A DNA stretch of 64,000 nt from the NCBI GenBank assembly GCA_937625935.1, contig OW569345.1, positions 496,001 through 560,000 on the forward strand. The letters are read 5' to 3'. A program made the position numbers and the translations under genes. The stretch is from Tetramitus jugosus (lineage: Eukaryota; Protista; Heterolobosea). Shown piece after piece: positions 56,800 through 64,000 of this stretch. The notes below the pieces were generated by a model. That model saw only the letters and a list, made by a program, of their open reading frames with translations. It had not been told where the DNA came from and ran no database searches. Position 1 is the stretch's first letter. Each line of letters starts with the position of its first letter.

Positions 56800-58971
56800 A
56801 TGGTGCTCGAACTCGATAATGACCACCACATGCATCCCAAGGCACTCAACTCGATATGTGGTCAAGCACAAGACCGAGAAAGTCCCTCACCCGACCCTCT
56901 AACAACCCAAGAACGGATAGAAAATATCGCGAAACAAGCGAAACAAAATGCTGAGCAATTGTCAAAGTTTGAACAAGAGGAAAGAGTCGAGGTGCTCCAA
57001 AGATATCAAGTTCTAGGTCCAGACAATGAACTCCCTGGATCCAGAGATATTACCAGTCTCGTCTCCAAACTCTGCAAGTGTCCGTGTTCGTTCATATCGA
57101 TCGTTGACACGATCGACTCTATTGTTCATGTAAAATCAGCCGTTGGTCAAATGATTGAAGTGGGTCCCTATGAATTTACGGAGGAGTCCATCTGCCCTCA
57201 CACCATTTTTTCCGATGATTTGTACATTGTAGAGGATACATTGGACCATGAAATTTTTAAACATGCTTCCTATGTTAAGGAGCCTCCTTTCCTTCGATTT
57301 TATGCAGGAGCACCTTTAGTGACTCGTGACGGTTGTCGGTTGGGATCATTGTGCATTGTGGACAAGGAACCACGGCAGCTATCTGCCCTAGAAAAAGAAA
57401 CCTTAAGGACATTAGCCAAACAAGTGGTCTCCCAGCTTGAAACTCGCGTTCACATGAGGGAGTTGCTGGAGACTCAAACTGCTCTTGAAATGAAAAATCG
57501 AGATCTCGAGCGTCTCAGTGCAGAGAAATCAAAAATGTTAGGAATAATGTCTCACGATGTTAGACAACCATTGTCGAATATATTGGTGAGTGCAGAATTG
57601 TTGTTGACCATGGAGAGAGATTCAGCATCGAGTAGACAACAAACTGCCCTAAATCTCGACCAGAAAGAAGATGGTACTCGGACAGGAACATTGTCAGAGG
57701 AAGCACTTCAATTGGTGAGCAATATTCATGCTAGTGCGAGCTTTGCTCATGTCTTGGTTGATGAGTTGCTAGTGATGGCAAAATCAGACTTTGGAATCGT
57801 TCCTGTGGAGGTTCAACCAGAACAAACCAATATGATACGTTTGTTGAAGTCAATAGTCGATCAGAATAGGTTGTTTGCAGCTGGAAAGAATATTGAATTG
57901 CAATTTTTGATAAGAAAGTCGGACGACAGTGATGACTGCGTGTCTTACGAACAGTGGTACCTCGATCAGAATACCATGGAACCATTTCCAATTGATACAA
58001 ATGAAGAGATTACCACCAACAACCAAAATTCAAGCATTCAGCAACAATCTACCGTAACGAACGGGTCATGCTTCACCTCTAAGAAGGACATTGTTATGTG
58101 CCAAGTTGATGCCCACAAGATTGAGCAAGCAATGAACAATTTAGTGAGCAATGCTGTCAAGTTTAGTTTTCCCAATACAAGAATCAGGGTCGTTGTCTGC
58201 TTCACTGACAATGAAATGAAAATATCAATCGAAGACCAAGGGCAAGGAATACCGAGAGATGAATTGAAGTACTTGTTCAAACCAGGTAAGCGGTGCAGTG
58301 TGCGGCCGACTTCGGGTGAGACCTCGACTGGACTTGGACTCGCTATTGTGAAGAATATTATCAAGGCTCACAAGGGACATATACGTGTGAGTAGCGAAGT
58401 AGGAAGTGGAACAACTTTTCAAATTACTCTACCGAAGACAAGTGATCAGAGTCAATCCGATAGGAATGGAACTGAACGATCATCATCAACAGGTTCGGTC
58501 TCTAAGAATCATCATAACACTCAGACCTTTAGCAATACTACTTCTCATCTTGATGGTCAAGGTGGAAATCATAGGAAACTGCGTGTATTATGTGCCGAGG
58601 ACAACCTTGTGACTCAAAAGTTGCTGGGAACCATATTTCGGAAGAGGGGGCATGAAGTAGAATTGGCATCAGATGGACAAGAAACAATAGATATCATTGA
58701 GATGAACAAACCAAATCCGTTCGACATACTCCTGGTCGATGGTTACATGCCCAAAATGTCAGGATTAGAGGTGATACGGACGATACGGAAACAGGAACAA
58801 ACTGAAAGTGACAGTCGGCGGCTTCCCATCATTTGTGTGACTGGTCAAGTCTCCTCAGAATTCAATGATATGATAACGGAAGCCGGTGGAGATGGATACG
58901 TGACCAAGCCGTTCAATGTTAGCCAACTGGTGCAGCTGATCGAGAAGGTGGCGGCAAATAACATCACATAA
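56800..58971 (+). CDS. hybrid sensor histidine kinase GAF-HisKA-HATPase-REC
   Basis: GAF RFYAGAPL...G..LGSLCIVD; H-box SHDVRQPL; NLVSNAVKFS, DQGQGI, STGLGL; REC AEDN, DILLVDGYMP, KP. Confidence 0.92.
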   Translation: MVLELDNDHHMHPKALNSICGQAQDRESPSPDPLTTQERIENIAKQAKQNAEQLSKFEQEERVEVLQRYQVLGPDNELPGSRDITSLVSKLCKCPCSFISIVDTIDSIVHVKSAVGQMIEVGPYEFTEESICPHTIFSDDLYIVEDTLDHEIFKHASYVKEPPFLRFYAGAPLVTRDGCRLGSLCIVDKEPRQLSALEKETLRTLAKQVVSQLETRVHMRELLETQTALEMKNRDLERLSAEKSKMLGIMSHDVRQPLSNILVSAELLLTMERDSASSRQQTALNLDQKEDGTRTGTLSEEALQLVSNIHASASFAHVLVDELLVMAKSDFGIVPVEVQPEQTNMIRLLKSIVDQNRLFAAGKNIELQFLIRKSDDSDDCVSYEQWYLDQNTMEPFPIDTNEEITTNNQNSSIQQQSTVTNGSCFTSKKDIVMCQVDAHKIEQAMNNLVSNAVKFSFPNTRIRVVVCFTDNEMKISIEDQGQGIPRDELKYLFKPGKRCSVRPTSGETSTGLGLAIVKNIIKAHKGHIRVSSEVGSGTTFQITLPKTSDQSQSDRNGTERSSSTGSVSKNHHNTQTFSNTTSHLDGQGGNHRKLRVLCAEDNLVTQKLLGTIFRKRGHEVELASDGQETIDIIEMNKPNPFDILLVDGYMPKMSGLEVIRTIRKQEQTESDSRRLPIICVTGQVSSEFNDMITEAGGDGYVTKPFNVSQLVQLIEKVAANNIT

Positions 58972-59209
58972 AAACAAGAGATATTCATGAGGTGACATTT
59001 ACAATTTTTAGATACACGATCAAATTGGAATTGAATCTTTTCGATTGTTGATTTATCCTTCCTTCCTATTAGGGGAAAGATGCGAGAAAGTTGTTTTAAT
59101 TTCATTCGGCATCGGTGATTGTGATCTTGAACGAATGTGAGTTCTCAACCCATTAAGTCACCTTCAAAAAACCTATCGGACTCAGACCAACTTTTCAGAT
59201 TAAGCCCTC

Positions 59210-59884
59210 ATGACAAGTAGAATACTACGACTGGTATTAACAGGTACCAGAGAAAGGATCACAAGGATCAACCACACTATTCCATTGCTCGGTAAGTCTC
59301 GGACACCCACATCATCATTGTTATCAAGGAAGTCTCGTCAGATGTCATTGTTTTCCTCGTCATCATGTGTCAGACAATTTCACTTTGATAAGTTTTCAGA
59401 GCCTAATTTTCAACAACAGGAGAGTGATTTTCTCAACAATAGTGAGGATTCACTCCATGACAGTCCCACTTACACTCGAGAATTCATTTCCTCCTACAGA
59501 CGGAAGTCATCGGGACCTATCACTTTGGACTCCTTAGAACAACCTGTCCGAGAGGATTGTAATCAATTTTTGTCACTTCTGGACAACACAGTCAAGCTCG
59601 TGGATCGAGCTACAGAGTGTATGATTACAGAATCTTATCAACAATGCGTTGAGATTTCCACCACAGCTATTGAGCAAATAGAGTATCTTGAGAAGTCATT
59701 ACACTTGGCTCCAAAGGACATGGACTTCAAATACTTGTTGGAAACTGTGGACGATTGTAGATATAGAGCCTTTTCGGCTAGAGCCACATCCAATATGGAA
59801 CTAGGTGCTCCGAGAGAACTCATTGACTCCGACATCAGAGCATCCAAGAATGAGACCGAGTACGTTCATGACACTCGCATATAG
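59210..59884 (+). CDS. hypothetical protein, probable mitochondrial presequence
   Basis: Arg/Ser/Leu-rich N-terminus with RQF cleavage-like motif; helical C-terminus. Confidence 0.6.
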   Translation: MTSRILRLVLTGTRERITRINHTIPLLGKSRTPTSSLLSRKSRQMSLFSSSSCVRQFHFDKFSEPNFQQQESDFLNNSEDSLHDSPTYTREFISSYRRKSSGPITLDSLEQPVREDCNQFLSLLDNTVKLVDRATECMITESYQQCVEISTTAIEQIEYLEKSLHLAPKDMDFKYLLETVDDCRYRAFSARATSNMELGAPRELIDSDIRASKNETEYVHDTRI

Positions 59885-60007
59885 TCCAGAACACCATGGT
59901 GTCGAGTAAATGAGCAATGATGACTGTGGTTTCAATAGAGAGTATCGTATGATTGTAAATAATTTTGTAAATTTTGTAAAGTATAGAATAGCAATTGGAA
60001 TAATAAT

Positions 60008-61606
60008 TTACACTTGATAATTGATCCAAGAGTACTTGATATTTCGTCTCTTCATTTCTTCTCTCAATTCTTTGTTGTAGTATGCCAATTGAGGAGTGCG
60101 GAACATGAATCCTTCTGGGCATGGAAGATCTTTCTTGTTGCTGAGTGTGACTTCTTCACTCGAGATCCACCACTTGTATGGAGATGCTTCGTTCTGGCAA
60201 GCATAATTGAGTTTCATATCACATTGTGAACTGTACCAAGTTCCATGATACAATTCATCACTATTCTCATCTTCAGTTGAGATGTAAACACACTTGTGGA
60301 GAGAACTCATCTTTGGTTCGTTCTTTGCCCATGTCCAGATAGAGCTAGAAACAAGTAGAGGAGAAACCTGATCCATCGAGATAAGCTTCACACCACAATC
60401 TACGAGGCTCTGAATGGTTGATGGAAGAATGAGTCCTTCTTTCTCTGGGCCATTATAGAAGGGACCATAGATTACGCTCTCGCCTCCAATCATTGTCCAG
60501 TCCTTGTAAAAATTGTAGTCGTAACCTTCAGTGTGAGATTGTTTATCGAGGCAAATAGGATGGCCCAAATACTTTCCAATACTATTCCGAGGAAAACCTG
60601 GAGTGATCATATCGAGAGGAAACAACACTGGAGGTAAGGTTGTCTGATCCATGATGTAGTCTGTTCCCAACAATACAACTCGCTTCTTGAGCTGAAGAAG
60701 TTCTTTTGTGCTAGGCCATCGATTCTTAAACTCCTGGTTCTTAATCGATGGAGTGAAAAGCAAATGTCCAAAATAATCGAGCAGTGGCATTATGACCTTA
60801 TCTGTATGACCATGATCCCACCGTTCATGATCATTAATCAGCAGAAACAATATCTGGTCATCATGACTCTCTATCCATTCTGCAATCTCTTTCAGACCAC
60901 TCTCCCATGATCTATCACTGGGAAGGCATCCAATCTGATTGGAGTCGAACTCGATCTTAATTCCAAACTCTTTCTTGATCCGCTCCACGAGCTGATTGAA
61001 CCATTCGATATTGTTTCCCGCGTGACACATGGTCAACCGATCAAAGAACCATTGAGGATCGAGATGCAACAAACGAACACCCATGTTCAACTGATCTGTC
61101 ATGCTAAACTCCTGTTGGGCCAGAACCATATCCGTATCTCTGTAGAAAAATTGCAGAACCTTTCGAATTAAATTGTCACCCATCCCGTATCCATCTGCCC
61201 TTGCATTGAAACTGTTGTGGGTCCCCAAGAATTGAACAATATTGATTGGTTCGTTCAATGATAGTTGATATTGGGTCTTTAGAGCATTACTCAACCAATC
61301 ATCGATGCGTACGGATCCTGGATTACAATGATATGACACTTGATCCACCAGTTCACTATTCTTATCATTCAAATTGTTCACTTGTGGAGGTGGGATACTC
61401 TTGTATGTACACTGAACGCTCTGAAACAGAGAGAATAATTTTTTAATGCCAGAGTTGTCGAATCGAGAGATAAACTCGTCAGAGAATAAGGGGCTTGATT
61501 GGATCTGAAATGATTGAGTAGCTTCCAGATAGTTGACCAAGAGAAACACTAGCAACAAGCCGAGAATCCAACTCAACCGAAATGAAATTGAAACTTGTGA
61601 TGCCAT
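60008..61606 (-). CDS. secreted PLC-like phosphodiesterase (PI-PLC X-type TIM barrel) with Cys-containing C-terminal domain
   Basis: Signal peptide; GTHNS, Q..SMTDQL.MGVR..LD, MCH catalytic-His motifs; WPS; IWTW..NEP then C...W...C.....AC. Confidence 0.75.
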   Translation of the reverse strand: MASQVSISFRLSWILGLLLVFLLVNYLEATQSFQIQSSPLFSDEFISRFDNSGIKKLFSLFQSVQCTYKSIPPPQVNNLNDKNSELVDQVSYHCNPGSVRIDDWLSNALKTQYQLSLNEPINIVQFLGTHNSFNARADGYGMGDNLIRKVLQFFYRDTDMVLAQQEFSMTDQLNMGVRLLHLDPQWFFDRLTMCHAGNNIEWFNQLVERIKKEFGIKIEFDSNQIGCLPSDRSWESGLKEIAEWIESHDDQILFLLINDHERWDHGHTDKVIMPLLDYFGHLLFTPSIKNQEFKNRWPSTKELLQLKKRVVLLGTDYIMDQTTLPPVLFPLDMITPGFPRNSIGKYLGHPICLDKQSHTEGYDYNFYKDWTMIGGESVIYGPFYNGPEKEGLILPSTIQSLVDCGVKLISMDQVSPLLVSSSIWTWAKNEPKMSSLHKCVYISTEDENSDELYHGTWYSSQCDMKLNYACQNEASPYKWWISSEEVTLSNKKDLPCPEGFMFRTPQLAYYNKELREEMKRRNIKYSWINYQV

Positions 61607-61793
61607 CGTTTTGTATTGTTTTATGATCTCTCTTTGCACGACTTTTCTCTTCATGCCAAGCAGCAACCAAAAACAGGACAATCACTCGTGTTAAGCTAAA
61701 ATTGGGATTGCACCAACCGGCCCATCATGCGTCGGAGGAATGGGATTTCAACGAAGAGTTAAAGTTGTATATTTTACAATGAGGAAAGGGTGA

Positions 61794-62720
61794 TTATGCA
61801 ATAGACACTTGAAGTTTTGCGTCTCTCTTGTGAATATACTGAGGCCTTGTTTGAGCAGAAATATTTGAATTGTCAACAGAGGCCTTTGTCAGGTACAAAT
61901 TACTCACTTCTTCAGGTGATGACATGGATGATTCTTGCTGTACTGCCTTCAATAAACCGATGAAAATCTTGTAGGTCCACATGGAATTCAAGAAACTCAT
62001 ACCCAGATACCCAATAAATGACACCATGTTTGTAAATCCACACAGTGTCTTTATCGTATCTATCTGTGAGAGCATCATGTATGGCAGGATGAACACGAGT
62101 GAGAATCGAAACAGAACAAAGCCAAGAAACATGAATAGACCGTTGAGTACATAGTAAGGACTATCCTTCATTCCCATCTTGAGCATGATGACTCTCGCAT
62201 TTACAAACGGAGTTGTAATCTCTGACAAGCAAAACATGACTACAACAACGTGGTAAACCCGATAGTAGCAGCATCCCAGAAGACAGGAAACAACGCACAC
62301 ATGATGACAGAACATGCCCAGTCCTCCCAAACTCTCAAAATCCGTCATAATCAACAAATAATCATACAAAAAGTAACCAAGTGTCCCCGTTGAAGCCAAA
62401 CTGAACGAATCACTCGTGTAAACAATATCCCAAGATTGAAACTTTGGATCATTCTTGTAGAAATAAATGGCTATAAAGCAGGAGTACAGAGCATGAATGT
62501 TGGAGACTAATCTCGATCGAATATCCTTCCACTCACTTGAAGTGCAGCTTGCTTTTATCATCTCTATATACTTGGAAGGCAACAAATGCTCACTTATGCT
62601 GTACAATCCGGCCCATAAGATGGTCGAGAGAGCGACCAACGACCAAAAATTAGCTGGTACGTCATGAATGAAATTTGCTTCTGATTGAAAGAAATTTCGG
62701 CCTATCATTCTTCCTGACAT
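61794..62720 (-). CDS. TLC-domain membrane protein (TMEM56/TLCD4-like)
   Basis: SR.VS.IHA, GYFLYD, HH, E.TTPFVN.R, F.FR, LN..W. Confidence 0.85.
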   Translation of the reverse strand: MSGRMIGRNFFQSEANFIHDVPANFWSLVALSTILWAGLYSISEHLLPSKYIEMIKASCTSSEWKDIRSRLVSNIHALYSCFIAIYFYKNDPKFQSWDIVYTSDSFSLASTGTLGYFLYDYLLIMTDFESLGGLGMFCHHVCVVSCLLGCCYYRVYHVVVVMFCLSEITTPFVNARVIMLKMGMKDSPYYVLNGLFMFLGFVLFRFSLVFILPYMMLSQIDTIKTLCGFTNMVSFIGYLGMSFLNSMWTYKIFIGLLKAVQQESSMSSPEEVSNLYLTKASVDNSNISAQTRPQYIHKRDAKLQVSIA

Positions 62721-63124
62721 TATTATTGGAATGATGTTGTTATGGTTTTGACTACTAGAGGAGTTTCAGTTATCCGCTAAATATACTAGCTATTATGATT
62801 TGTTAAACAATAATTCACTAGTTGTGCTATTGTTTGAATGGTTGGATTTGAATTTTGCTTGCATAAAGAAACAGCTTGGTTGAGTACGGTCAAATATATA
62901 ACCTGAGCTTCTCACCACGACAGTCCAGACTGATGTTCTTGAAAATACTCTCAGGTGATAAAATAAGCCCCCAGAATCGGCCAACCACAAAATATCATCG
63001 GAAAAATGAGTGCGAGAAATACCACATGAATTTTTTTGCTCGCCTCGTCTGGTGCTCATTTCCACAGACACCAGACATTGGATCACATGAAATTGTTTTG
63101 ACCGTGCAAACTCAACAATTTTAG

Positions 63125-63212
63125 ATTGTACATGATGATAACGAACCATGCACCAAACTGATCATCATTGATGAGACATTCTTCAACGACAACGATATCT
63201 GTCTGACACAGT
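63125..63212 (+). ncRNA. box C/D snoRNA, snR40/SNORD32-like (18S Gm1271 yeast / Gm1328 human site)
   Basis: C ATGATGA 63132-38, D' CTGA 63158-61, C' TGATGA 63169-74, D CTGA 63203-06, terminal stem ATTGT/ACAGT; D' guide CCATGCACCA complementary to conserved SSU UGGUGCAUGG. Confidence 0.85.
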
Positions 63213-63648
63213 CCTTTTAGAGTTACTCACAGGCTCATCATGTTCCGGGAGAGAAACAGAGCTCGTCGTAGTGGCTCATCTGGCAATCCGTCTTTGAATT
63301 TCTCAATGTGAAATGACTTTTCATTTCCTTCAACCCCGCTCACACGCCCAGTCGACGTCACCAACATACTGTTTCCTTCCAATTTTGTCGAAGCCAAGCA
63401 GTGTACGAAACGACACCCGCACGTGAATGATGTGGCTTGCTGATTCTCCGTAAAAGCAACCCCCTCCCTGGAGTTATTGAGTGATGCTACAACGGTGATG
63501 ACGATATAACGCGTTGCTATTTACACACTCACACCGCACGAGAATCTTGTGCCTCAGAGCTGGACCAGTGAATTCAGTAATCAAGCAGCTAAAACTCAAC
63601 AACACCAACACACTATAACAACAAAGCTAACCTACTACAACACTGAAC

Positions 63649-64000
63649 ATGTCATCTGAAACGACACAACAATTGCTCCAGAGCTATGAGAGCACATTCA
63701 CAGGCCTAACAAAGTATCAATACCATCTGTTTAACAACTACCTTCACACTGCACCATGGATCAGTGTCGTTGGTTATTTGCTCATGGTGTTCTTGCTGCC
63801 TAAAATTATGATTGCTATCCGTGGTGGTCGTTCCTCCTCCTCCACCTCATCACCACCATCCTCATCTCAACCACAAAAGTTTGGTCTTCTAAAGTACACG
63901 ATGGCATCATGGAACTTGTTCCTCTCTGTTCTAAGCTTGGTCATGATGGTTGGATTTGGTGCTCCATTTTTGAAGATTGTGCTTGGTGATAGAGGAGTTG
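63649..64000 (+). CDS. fatty acid elongase (ELO/GNS1/SUR4), 5' part
   Basis: ATG 63649 open to window end: ...GYLLMVFLLPKIM...LKYTMASWNLFLSVLS..., the first ELO conserved motif. Confidence 0.8.
   Translation, partial: MSSETTQQLLQSYESTFTGLTKYQYHLFNNYLHTAPWISVVGYLLMVFLLPKIMIAIRGGRSSSSTSSPPSSSQPQKFGLLKYTMASWNLFLSVLSLVMMVGFGAPFLKIVLGDRGV

Noticed and set aside
63008-63076. Sm-site-like AATTTTTTTG followed by an 8-bp hairpin as an snRNA
   Set aside because: No U1/U2/U4/U5 signature upstream; T-tracts are common in these promoters.

Overview
Gene-dense, intron-poor eukaryotic genomic DNA (roughly 40% GC by eye, standard code). It holds about 35 protein-coding genes and 10 short GT-AG introns. The host is a flagellum-capable protist (IFT dynein DYNC2H1, transition-zone B9D2); compact intergenic spacing, CAA/CAT microsatellite-coded tracts and a hybrid histidine kinase fit a Naegleria-like heterolobosean, but that taxonomy is inference. 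Most genes are housekeeping. Several are missed or split by the ORF track because of introns or window ends (SPC3, ATG8, mL41, NUR1-like, NT-C2/DIL, CTL, the DYNC2H1 5' exon, ELO). Non-coding genes: tRNA-Leu(TAA), tRNA-Phe(GAA) and a box C/D snoRNA whose guide points at the 18S Gm1271 (yeast)/Gm1328 (human) site. Main finding: two stacked non-LTR retrotransposon remnants directly upstream of tRNA-Leu, both head-to-head with the tRNA. The younger is a 132-bp 5'-truncated copy with AATAAA, A14 tail and an exact 16-bp target-site duplication, 46 bp upstream of the tRNA. The older is a decayed copy with a broken CCHC (zf-RVT-type) zinc knuckle and a similar 3' end. This resembles Dictyostelium TRE5 geometry and suggests a tRNA-gene-targeting LINE family in a non-dictyostelid lineage.
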